Shown here piece by piece: positions 33,220 through 45,540 of a stretch of DNA of 64,000 nucleotides. The stretch lies in the NCBI RefSeq assembly GCF_009914755.1, contig NC_060927.1; one strand, 5' to 3'. The position numbers were made by a program, and so were the translations under genes. The first letter of the stretch is position 1, and each line of letters opens with the position of its first letter. Below the pieces are notes generated by a model. That model was not told the origin of the DNA, made no database searches, and saw only the letters and a list, made by a program, of their open reading frames with translations. Source of the DNA: the human T2T-CHM13v2.0 reference genome, Homo sapiens.

Positions 33220-35099
33220 TATCTCATTCAGTTCAAAAATTCCCTGACGCTATGCACATGCAAACAAGGTATCATCAACACTATCATCTTTATTCTCTCA
33301 CTCAGTTAGAAAACACTCATTGGGCAGCTAATACGAGTCAGACCCTGGACCTGACACTGGCATACAAATACAGAAAAACACCGCTTCGCTTCTGGAGTAA
33401 TTTCTTAAGAGAGAGAAAGAAGGAGAAGGGAGAATGGATGGAGTGAAAAATTAGAGCAGAGTTCTTCACCAGGAGCCAGGGGGCCACACAGACATTTTCA
33501 TAACTATGTGCAGTTTTCTAAAGAGAATACTCAAAGATACACATGAACTCAGGAAGGCAGAGGGCTAGTGATGTAGTGAAACTATGAGAGGCCAAGTACC
33601 ATGTTAAATTCTTAGTATGTGTGGGTGCTTGAAGAGTTTGTGCCCAAAACAGTCCACAAAGTGCGCATGGAAATATACACATAAGGGATTTGAACCTGTG
33701 CTTGGCTGGTGCAGAGCCTGCCTCTCTCCCCAGCATCAGGGATGGTTTCACGGCATGTGGCCTCTCCCTGCTGCCATGCCTCCATCAACTCTCCCTTTCT
33801 CATATCAGAAGATCACAAGCATTTAACAGCCTTGCACTTGTCTGACCCGAGCTTGCTGTATCTGCCCAAGAGGGCTGGGAAGATAAGACGAAACAATCCC
33901 TGTGAAATACTGATCACTAGTCAGCACTCAAGAGGTACCAGTACATCACCATTCATCACATATTCATTTAGGACCTAATACATGCCGGGCCTTGGGATAG
34001 GCGTTCTCATCACCTTCATCACTTACTGTTACTACGTTTAACACCCTCCACTCCCAGCAACATGCAGAGTGCTTCACACAATACACACTCAGTAAATGTG
34101 GGTTCAGTAAGTAAATGGTGATGATCTTGGTGGTAGATCAATTTATTCTTCAGCAAATATTTATGCCTTTCCCTGACATCCATGGCTTGATCCTGTGAGG
34201 TGAAAGAGACAGTGTACCAACTCTGAGCCTACATCTTACGAGACATCATGTGTTTCTGCTTGCTCCACAAGAGAAGAATATATACGTGAGTAGCACTGTC
34301 CAGAATGAACCCATGTAGGACAGACCACCCCAGCCAACTTGCGCACTTATAAGCATAAGAGTAAATGTTTGTTATTGTTTGCCACTGAGTTTCGGGGTAG
34401 CTGTTACTCAGCAAAAGCTGACTGAGACGATCTCCTTTACCCAACTCCAGAGGTTTGAGGCAGGGAGAGTGGCCCTGGCTTTTCTTACTTTTAAGATGGA
34501 GTTTCAGAAATTAGGTCACTTTGTGTGTGTCCCTCTCTCCCCCATTTTCTCTGGGCTGGTAATGTTCCATTCGAAGAAGATAGTGGGGACTCCAAAGACC
34601 CATATTTTGGCCACCTTGGCACCTGGCGCAGAATCCAGCACAAAGATGGTTCTCAGGCAGTGCCTGATTGATGGAAAGATGGGATGAGTACAGTCAAAAT
34701 CACTAGAGGCAGCAAACTGGACCTCAGATGCTCAGAGCCACTGGTTCTGCAGTCCCCAAAGCATGTAAAGTGGACCCCACTGGTGATATAATATCATCTC
34801 AGACCATATGCAATAGACCTGTATATATTTACTATAATATGTTTTAGGAAACACATTTCCAACCTGTGATTTCAGGGCTATTACTGCTTAGGATGTGTCT
34901 AAGTCTAAAAAATAAACAAAAACAAACCAAAAAACCCAAACCTAAAAAGCCAAAAACAGAAACGAAAAAGAGATAATTTAAAGAAATACAGTAACTGAAA
35001 AATAATAGTACCGGTGGTATGTGGATATGAAAAATGTGAGTGAAATTTGGGAAACACTGATCTATTTCAAGTCTCTTTTTCCTAAAAATCACAATCATA

Positions 35100-35330
35100 A
35101 TCATAGTGAGCATTTTTGAGCACTAACAAGATAAGCTGTTTGAAGCGCTTCACAGATATTATCTTATAAATTCCTGATACCCTATGAGGCAGGTACTATC
35201 AGCATCTTCATCCTGCAGGTGAAGAAACTGAGGCCCAGAGAGGTAAGGAACTTGAACAAGGTCACAGAGTAAGTGACAGTGAGGATTTGACTTCAGGCTG
35301 CAACCTCCAGGATCTCAGTCCTTGATGGCT
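35100..35330 (-). mobile_element. MIR
   Basis: ccctatgaggcaggtactatc...gaagaaactgaggcccagagaggtaaggaacttgaacaaggtcacag. Confidence 0.8.
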
Positions 35331-36081
35331 ACGTCTCCACTGGTTCTGCTTGGAGAACCTCGTACTGGGGAAGTTTAGCCTTGCCCAGGGTTAACTGCAA
35401 AATCCAGAACTTGATCCTCAGATTCCTGACTCCTAGCCCAGTGCTCTCGTCCCTCCACAAGGAATATGGTGGAGAGGACACCTGGGGTTTATGGCAGGGG
35501 CTGGGTGGGGTCTGTGAGAGGTAAAGGAGAGAGGTGGTAAGCACTGCAAGGAAGACTTGGAAGGGAGAGATGGGGAAATAAGGATCTGTCATGGGTTATT
35601 TCAAAGCTGCCAAGCTGAGGCAGGTGCCCAAAGAATGCAGGGAAGCTAGAATATGGACAGAGATATTCAGAAAAAGAGGGCTGGCAGAGCAAGGGTTGGC
35701 ACACAGGAGCTGCTTCCCAAGAGAACTGCCCACCCCGGCCAGTATCAGGAATGAGTTTCCCTAAGTGACATCCACTTTGTCTATATTTAGGTCCTAAAGC
35801 CACCCATTGTTTCTGTCCCGGTGAACAGCTGGGGTCACCACTCTGACCTTGCCCGCTCCGAGTCACACGTCTGAGTGTTCCATCAAGAGAGGCCTTTTTA
35901 GGATCTAGTTTGAATCAACTTCCCCTTCCATGGCTCCTACTTGGCGTCCTGGGCAAGCTGTAAAAACATGGCTAGAATAGTGGCTTTAAAATGCAGTCTC
36001 CACCTTGCATCGAATATGCTGCTTCCTTCCCTCCACAAAATCAAACTACGTCCATGTTTACCTCAGGACATAGGTGCTTCA

Positions 36082-36308
<227 letters not shown>

Positions 36309-36390
36309 TTCATAAGCAGAATAAAGTAGCTAGTCAGCCAATTACATTTTGAGTTCTAGTTGATATCCTTGGGAAATGTGTACTTAAACA

Positions 36391-36430
36391 CATTCATTAA
36401 ATCATTCATTAAATCATTCATTAAATCATT
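36391..36430. repeat. 12-bp tandem repeat (CATTCATTAAAT) x3.3
   Basis: Read directly from the sequence. Confidence 0.95.
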
Positions 36431-37159
36431 TGACTTTGAAGTAGGGCAGATATGAAAACTATTTTTGACTTTTTGTGCAAGATATTTGCATACTTTAGAT
36501 TCATATCTGAGCTAAAATGAGTTTAGAGACATCTCTGATTTGACAAGTGGGGAAACTGAGTCCAGAGAAAGTAGTGACTTGTCATAGGTGCCTCTTACTT
36601 AGGCACTAACTGGACCACAGCAAACATTCACCAAAATGGGATAACTTACCAAATCACTGGAAAGCAAAGTGTTACTGCAGATGTTGCACATAATAGGAGA
36701 TCTGGGAAGGACCCCACATTAAAGTTATCACATAGCACCTAATGGCTAAAAACATCATTTCTGAATCCATTCTTCCTGGGTTTGAAACCTGATCCACTAC
36801 TTAACCATGTAGGTGACCTAGACAAATTATTTATCTTCTGTAAATCTCAGTTTTGCCATCTGCAAAACAAGAATAATGATAGTAGCCAATCCCTACAGTG
36901 TTGTAAGACTTTCATGAGCAAATCTGAGTAAAGTGTTTAGATAAGCATCTAATAAATGTAAGTTATTATCGTATTATATTGTTATTAACATTGTATTAAC
37001 TATCACTGACATGTAATCAATCATTTGAATATTGTCAACTTTCATACTTGAAAGACTCAAAAATTATTCTTTGTCAAGAGAACAAATAGTGAGGTGAGTG
37101 AGATGGGGAAAGGCTGAAATTACCCCAGTCACATCAAAGTATTAAAAATATACATCTGG

Positions 37160-37483
37160 GGGGCATGCAGTGGCCTGCGTCTATAATCCTAGCACTTTGG
37201 AAGGCCAAGGTGGGATGATCACTTAAGGCCAGGAGTTCAAGACGAGCCTGGGCAACATTGCAATACCTGGTCTTGACAAAAAAGTTAAAAAATTAGCTGG
37301 GTATGGTGGTGCATACCTGTAGTCCCAGCTACTCAGGAGGCTGAGGTGGGAAGACTGCTTGAGCCCAGGAGTTCAAGGCTGCAGTGAGCTATGATTGTGC
37401 CACTGCACTCGAGCCTGGGCTCGAGCAAGGCAGAGCAAGACCTTGTCTCCTAAAAAAAAAAACAACAACAACAACAACAAAAA
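37160..37483 (+). mobile_element. AluJ
   Basis: Full dimer with (AAC)n tail. Confidence 0.9.
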
Positions 37484-37494
37484 ACTATGTCTAA

Positions 37495-39348
37495 ACAATG
37501 TCAACAAAACAAAGAGACAACACAAAGAATGGGATAATATATTTGCATATAATATATCTGAAAAGAGATTAATATTCAGAATATGTAGAGAACTCCTAAA
37601 ACTCAATAGCAAAAAAAATAAGCAACCCAATTCGAAAGTGAGCAAAGGACTTGAACAGACATTTCTGCAAAGAAGACATACAAATGGCCAATAATGCACA
37701 CGAAGAGATGCTCAACATCACTAATAATCAGAGAAATTCAAATCAAAACTACAAGGTGATACCACTTCACACCTATTAGAATGGCTACTATTGAAAAAAA
37801 ATCAAAATTAGAAGTGTTGGTGAGGATGTGGAGAAACTGGAACCCTTGTGCACTGTAGGTGGGAATATAAAATGGAATAGCCATTGTGGAAAACAGTATG
37901 GCGGTTACTCAAAACATTCAAAATAGAATTACTGTATGTTCTAGCAATTCTACTTCTGGGTATATACTCAAAAAAACTGAAAGCAGGTGGTAGGAATGTA
38001 AACTAGTACAACTGCTATGGAAAACAGTGTGGAGACTCCTTAAAGAATTAAAAGTAGATCTACCATTTGATTCAGCAATCCCACTACTGGCTATCTACCC
38101 AGAGGAAAAGAAGTCATTATACGAAAAAGATACTTGCACATGCATGTTTATAGCAACACAATTCGCAACTGCAAAATCATGGAACACTCATCAATCAAGG
38201 AGTGGATAAATAAACCGTGGTATATTTATACAATGGAATACTACTCAGCCATAAAAAGGAATGAATTAACGGCATTGCAGCAACCTGGATGAGACTGGAG
38301 ACTATTATTCTAAGTGAAGTAACTCAGGAATGGAAAACCAAACAACGTATGATCTCACTGATATGTGGGAGTTAAGCTATGAGGACGCAAAGGCATAAGA
38401 ATGATATAATGGACTTTGGGGACTTGAGGGGAAGGGTGAGAGAGGAGTGAGGGATAAAAGACTACAAATAGGTTGCAGTGTATACTGCTTGGATGATGGG
38501 TGCAACAAAATTTCACAAATCACTACCAAAGAACTTACTCATGTAACCAAATACTAGCTGTACTCTAATGACTTATGGGAAAAAAATTGAAAGCAGGGTC
38601 TTAAGAGATATTTGTACATTCATGTTCATAGCAGCATTATTCACAACAGCTAAAACATGAAAGCAACCCAAGGCCCATCCAAGGATGAATGGATAAGCAA
38701 AATGTGGTATGTCACCGTTTAACAATATTAATTGACAAGAAAAACTGTTTAATGTGGGGCATGCAGTAAACAGCTCTCAAATCTTTCAGCCTTGTAATAC
38801 AGAGGGTAGTTTTCAATCACTATTAGAGGTAATAATGAAATGCAAAATATGTACTACATATAATCATGCAATAGTGTCGTATATTCACAGAGAAATTGAG
38901 TATTTGTTTCTCTGTTAACCTTCAGAGCTCCATGCAATATTACCACCATGTACAATAACGGAATATTCTTAAAGGAAGGGAATTCTGACACACGTTACAA
39001 CTTGAATGAACCCAGAGGACATTATGCAAAGTGAAATAAGCCAGTCAAAAAAAGACAAATACTGTTTGACTCTACTTATATGAGATACTTAGAGTAATCA
39101 AAATCACAGAGACAGAAAGTAGAATGGTGGTTGCCAGGGGATGGGGGAGGGAAGAATGGAGAGTTATTGTTTAACGAGTATAGAGTTTCAGTTTGCAAGG
39201 TGAAAAGAGTTCTGGAGATGGATGGTGGTGATGGTTGCACAACATTATGAATGTATTTAATATCACAAAACTATATACTTAAAATAGTCAAGATGGTAAA
39301 TTATGTGTTATATGTATTTTACCACAATAAAAAAAATTGAAAAAAAAT
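37495..39348 (+). mobile_element. L1MB-like 3' end with nested L1PB-like element (37988-38585) and a non-L1 insert (38713-38949)
   Basis: ORF2 end and L1MB-type 3' UTR; the nested element is flanked by aaaaaactgaaagcagg / aaaaaattgaaagcagg. Confidence 0.85.
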
Positions 39349-39475
39349 TAGTATGTCTAGAATGGTCATACACAAGCGCTGGAATTAGGGTTACAGAAAT
39401 CAGTCCCAGGAACATAGTTCTGATGAGAAGAATAGAAAAAGCAATGGGCATTGCCTTTAAAAAACAGTTTTGGCA

Positions 39476-39795
39476 GGCCAGGTGCAGTGGCTCATGCCTC
39501 TAACCCCAGCACTTTGGGAGGCTGAAGCTTGAGCTCAAGGAGGATTGCTTGAGCTCAGAGTTTAAGATGAGCCTGAGCAACATAGTAAGACCCACGTCTC
39601 CACAAAAAAAATGAAATAATTAGCAGGGCATGGTGGTGTATGCCTGTAGTCCCAGCTACTCGGGAGGCTGAGGCAAGAGGACTGCTTGAGCCCGGGCGGT
39701 CAAGGTTGCAGTGAGCCGTGATTGTGCCACTATATTCCAGCGTGGATGACAGAGCAAGATTCTGTCTCAAAAAACAAAAACAAACAAACAAATAA
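39476..39795 (+). mobile_element. AluJ
   Basis: Full dimer; TSD aacagttttggc. Confidence 0.9.
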
Positions 39796-40611
39796 AGAAC
39801 AGTTTTGGCTCATCCAAAACTTTAACAACTACCTCTACAAAAAACAAATAAATAAAAGGGATAGGGAATGTAACCTTCAGAGCTCCTAACCATTCTTCAA
39901 CCCATGGAAATATAACATTTCCAGACACTCTTTCCAAAATAACCCAAACCAAAAAACGATGTTCTTAATGAGAATGGTATCCAGTCTGAGTCTCCACTGA
40001 TAATATCTGACTTCATTCTCCCAATAATAAACAGACTCAAAACACCAGGATCACTTTAGGGAAATCTACAAAACAGTTGCTCCAACCAGCATGAACTTCT
40101 AAAACTGAGTTTAGCCATCTTCCAATCCAAAGAAAAAGAGAAGATCTTGGAAATCCACTTTGTGATTAAATAGCAACAACAAAACAGAAGGCGGATGCAT
40201 CCTTCTTTTCCCTCTTTTCCTTCCCATTAATTAAAACCATTCTCTTACAAAAATTAAAACAGTAGCATTGCACAGCAGAGCGTGAAAAGCCCTTCCCTTT
40301 GTTCCCCTCCAATCACTTATGCTAAAGGAAGCCCTGACAGCTACGCACGCCACTCAGCTCACCCTCGCAACCAAGCAAAGCCATCTGCGGTCTTAAACAC
40401 AGCCACACAGTGCTCTTCTGATTCATACGAAAGTGAGGCGGGAATCTGGCTCCATCATCCCAGGTGCTTTTAACAGCAGCTCCCTGATCAGTTTCTTGGA
40501 AGGTAAAGAGAACACTGCATCCTCCCACACCTCAGATCCTGGCACCACCCCACCCGGCTCGGGTGGGAGTTGAGAGCCGGCCCATCCCAGGCTCAGCAGC
40601 AGGGGGCTTAC

Positions 40612-40662
40612 CTGCGAACGGACAAAGAGGCAGCACCACACCATGGGGCGCTCTGACCTCAT
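40612..40662 (-). CDS. ARHGEF3: Coding part of an ARHGEF3 alternative first exon, MRSERPMVWCCLFVRSQ
   Basis: ATG at 40662, 17 codons, then the donor CAG|GTAAGC at 40612/40611. It is phase 0 and joins the 6682 exon in frame. A second in-frame ATG at 40644 has +4 G (CCCCATGG). Consistent with a recalled annotated ARHGEF3 isoform N-terminus. Confidence 0.8.
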
Positions 40663-40699
40663 CCACCCGGACTCACCGGCTCCTAACTGCAGTGGAGCC

Positions 40700-40830
40700 C
40701 TGTGCACAGGATTCTCTGAACAGGGCTGAGCATAGTTTCCCTGAAGGAACTCCTCCCCGCCACTTGGGCTGCATGACAGGAAGTGACAGGGGCCATCAGT
40801 TACAAGTGTCAGAGGCTGAGAGCCGCACCA
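40700..40830 (-). promoter_or_regulatory. Candidate internal promoter of the alternative first exon
   Basis: Non-repeat, GC-richer segment just upstream of the exon. It has an Sp/KLF-like box CTCCCCGCCAC (~40753-40763) and a perfect ETS site ACAGGAAGTG (40776-40785). The TSS cannot be placed from sequence. Confidence 0.5.
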
Positions 40831-43310
40831 GTCAAGAGCTCCCCACCTCTCCTGCTACTGCTGCTTTTGCAGAGCACTCTTTGGGCATTCAAAGGTACAC
40901 CAGAAGTTCAGTTTCTGACTGACAATCCCCAGCCTGTAAGAGACAAACAGTGCTCACTGGGTCCCCACCAAAAGCAATGTGAAGCATCCCATCGGCTGCA
41001 GCGGCTGTGCTGCCTGGAGCTTTGCAGACCCAAACACTGGGGTGAAATAGAAAATAAAGCATCACTAGGAGAAGGGACACTGGGAGGAGAGCTTTGGGTC
41101 TTCAAAGAGGAATCAATGATCTACTTAAACTTTACCCAAGAATCAGTAGCCATGTCCGGGATACAGAGCCCACACTGAGTCGCGGTTCAAAAGCAACTAC
41201 ACACCCATCCGTTTCTTTTTGTCTTATGCAAACCTGGCATCTTCTCTTCAGAGCCCTTTCAAAATAGCTGCTTCTGGAAACCTCCCTTTCAACTTTTGTC
41301 ATGGATAACAAGAGGTCTTCCTGCTCAGAGCTATTATGGAAATAATTCATGGCTGACATTTCTTGTTTTATGAAGTGGGGATCTCACCAGAATGAACATC
41401 TTGCTCCAGTTCCTTGCCTTATAAAAAACCCAGACCTCTTGGGTGAGGTAGACTTGTCTCATAGGAAACTACAAGGTTTCAGATTGAAAACTATGCCTGG
41501 CTCACTCCTTCCCCACAAACAAACCAGCACTCTCACCCTCCTTGCACATTGGCAGAAGGTCTCAAACTCAAGGAGACATAACTCCAGTGTAGTTCTCAAT
41601 TATTTATTTATTTATTTTAGTTATCTAATGGGGTAGTATTTGACTTGCAAAAATCTTCCTAATTACAAATTTTAGCTGTTAAGATTTAGCCCAGGGTTTC
41701 CTGGGGCCTTCTTACAAATGCACGGATTTTTAAGAGCCTTCCTCTGTCTCAAGCCTGAGTAAAGTCTGGGGACCCAGCAAAGACAGCAGGTTCATTTGAA
41801 CAACAAGCTTCCGGTCTAACAGAAGGAGATTAAATCCAAGACTTTTATGAGAAAGCAGGCTCTTTCCATTCACGTTGCCAGAAATTTGCAAAAAGTGCTG
41901 AGGGGTCCAGGAAATAAGTGAGCTTGGCAAATGCATTTTCATGGGGACAAAGTCTGAGAAGGGTTCTCAGAGCCAGAGACACATGGGCAGCGTTCTGATG
42001 GGTGTTCTAGGCAAAAGAACTGGCAAACTCAACAGCAAGGCAGTGCAGAACTACAGGGTATTTTGGAAGACACCAAGTACTTTAATAGGTCTGGAAGCTG
42101 AACTGACAGGCTTGGGTCTTGCTTCAAAAAGTGTGAGGGAATCACACCTGCTTAGAGAAAGGAGGAAGTGAAATCACTGTAAAAAGCCTTACGCCTTTCA
42201 GGCAAGCATCTGGGTCACCATGGAGCTAGCACCTGGAAGCACTCGGTAATGAGTGTCAGATCAAATGACAGTGTCCACTGAGAGGTGGGTTTCAGATTGT
42301 CCTTGGGATTCCCTATTTCCTAAAGCCTGACTCCCCACAAAGCAAGCTGGTTAAGTGGTGGCTGGTGGAGGGGTAAGGGCAGGTATTCCTAAGGCGTCTT
42401 GTTCCAGCCTCCTACACAGGAAGGGTCCTAAATTTGAACAAGCCTGTAAACAACTTGAGATTAGCTAGCTTTGGGGACAATTCAGCCGATGAAGAAAGAC
42501 AGTGCCCTGGGAAATGCGGGAGGCTCCATCACCCAGCCATTCCTCTCTTGGAGTATTTTCTGACAAGCCACTTCAAGGAGTCCCAGCAGCCAAGGCCAGC
42601 CTCACCCCAGTAAGGATTCACTGGAAATGTGAGACGACCAGGGCATTGTACGTTTTATTTCTTTGGAGAGGAGGAAGGAAACATTCACATGAACAAATCC
42701 TAGAATGATTCAACCTAACTTCCGGCTGCTGACTGAATGGGAAAGAAGAACTGAAACCCGTGGGCTGCAGCACTTCGTGCAAGAGGTGAAACTTGAGGGG
42801 CTCCAGGGCAGGTAGCAGTGGAGCAGGGAGGGGCAGAGAGAGGGCCAACAGATGCCCTGGCAGGGGAAAGGGATGCAGCCTGCAAAAAGGAAGCAAAAAC
42901 AGGGCACGGCCGTCTCCTCTGATGCCCTTGCTCTGACCAGAAGCAAGAACTCCCGGATTGAAATGGGTCCATGAAGAAGGCACTTCAAGAGGAGAATTTC
43001 AATAGTAAGAGGCTCTGATCCGCAAGGTCCACGTTCATTTTGAGCTTTATAATGGGATATCAAAAGGAACAGGAGTCTTCTCTATGGCATCTAGGATACT
43101 ACTAAGTATTCAAACATGTTTATGTATTGGTTTTTACATTTTAATAGTAACATAGCATCACTGTCACACATTCAAACCACACAGAAGTATACACATTCAA
43201 ACCACAAAGAAGTATATAAAGTAAAAAGTGAGTCTTCCCAAAGGCCCTACTTTTTTTTCTATCCCGATCCCATTTGCTGGATGCACTGGTGTTAAAAAGC
43301 CAGACGTAGA

Positions 43311-43626
43311 CAGAGGTTCATAAACCCAAAAGGATTTAGGAGCAGGGGTCAGGTACCTGAAAGAAAAGGCCAGGTGGGCACTGGGGCACCACTGAGAGTT
43401 TTTGTCTTAGGTCAGTTCCAGCTTTTCGGGTTCCTAAGGGGTTAATCCTCCAGGGTGAGCAGACATTCTAATTTTTTCAATAGAAGCCTGAAATTCAGGG
43501 TTTTATGTAAAATCTCTCAATTTGTAAATGCTGGCAACTATTCATCACCATAAGAAGTACTGTATGGGCCACATAACACAGTTGCTGGCTACATTTGGCC
43601 CAGGGGCCACCAGTTTGCACCCTCTG
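43311..43626. mobile_element. MER102-like hAT relic
   Basis: cagaggttcataaac ... ggccaccagtttgcaccctctg termini. Confidence 0.55.
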
Positions 43627-45071
43627 GTGGTAATCCTTCCAGACATTTCCTTCTGTCTAAAAACACGAGTTGCTGGGTGTAACATCTTATTTTTTTCAAA
43701 AATAGAATGATAACATTGTTCTACCACTTGCTTCTTTTTTCATTTAACATCCAGGGCATCTTTCCCTGTCACGCACATTTTTGACCTCTTACTGCAGAGC
43801 ATGCTATGGTATGGAAGGAAATTAACTCATTTAGCCACCTGCCCTGTGGACATTTAGCAAATACGAAAGATACACTTGAAATGTCACTTCTCATTGTTCA
43901 TTCCTCTTACCTCTGCCAATGTTGATAACTCATGATGAAAGTGCACCTGTGTGTGGATATTAACATATCATACAGCCACAATTACTGAAACCACAGCGAC
44001 TAAGGATTTTTCATGTTTTAATATGAGCACTTACCATGTATTTTCCCACGTGATCCTCACAACAGTCCCAAAGTAGGCCTTATTATTATCTTTCTTTTTG
44101 CAGATTTAAAAAAACTGAGACTCAAAAAGGTGGTGTACGCCTACCCATGGCACGTGGCCTAGAGGTGGTGAGGTTGGTCAGGAGTGGGGCCTAGCAAGCT
44201 TACTTCAGAGCTCCTGCTACAAGCATACAGCCCTCAGAAGACACAGCGAGAAACCTGCTCTGGGATATTCAAGAATCTGACATATTAGAGCACAAACCAC
44301 TAGAGAAGGATCGCTAACAATGGGACAATTCACTTGCCTCTTGGAATGAAAAGCCTCATTTTAAAGCCCTTCTTCATACTCATCCAACATAAATTCTACA
44401 TAGATTGGAGAGAAATGTTAAAAGGGGGAAAAAAACCTACAAAATTCTGGGGGCATAGGTTTTCAGGGTATGGTATTTTTCTTTCCGTATATAGAGTTGA
44501 ATCATATATTTATACACAGGAAACTACCTATAGGGTGCCTACGATGCAAAGATGAACCCTGTTTTCCCACAGCTGGTTAAATAACCAAACTGGTAACAAC
44601 CCCTCTTGTTGGGCTCTAAAGAGATTAGCACCAAAACTGGGACCTAACTAAGGTGTCACCAAAAGTGTCATGGTATCACTAGAACCAGAACCATGTTTCC
44701 TGTGTTCTTGTTCGATATATCTGAGGGTATTTTCTGTTGAGAAGTTCCAAGCAATTTCCTTACCAAAGATATTATAAGGAACATACTCGTCAGGATTGTG
44801 AGAATTTCATTTACATAAAATAAAATATTTAGATTTTAGCAGAATTACTTCTTCATTAAAAGTTGGCAAGCAACGATGATTCTTTCCATTTGAACTTTAT
44901 CCTGGTTCCTTAATGTCTTTCTTATTTGTACTTAACAAGCCAGAAATGTCACAAAATCTTACAGTTGGAAAGGGAATTTCAAGGTCTTTAAACATACCCC
45001 ATTTGATACTTCAAATTTTAAAATTCCACAAACTGAATTTAAAAATAGGTAGTAAAAAAATCTCATGGCCA

Positions 45072-45540
<469 letters not shown>

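Noticed and set aside
40423-40707. 94-aa ORF
   Set aside because: It starts at a GTG and runs through the donor at 40611; only 40612-40662 is supported.
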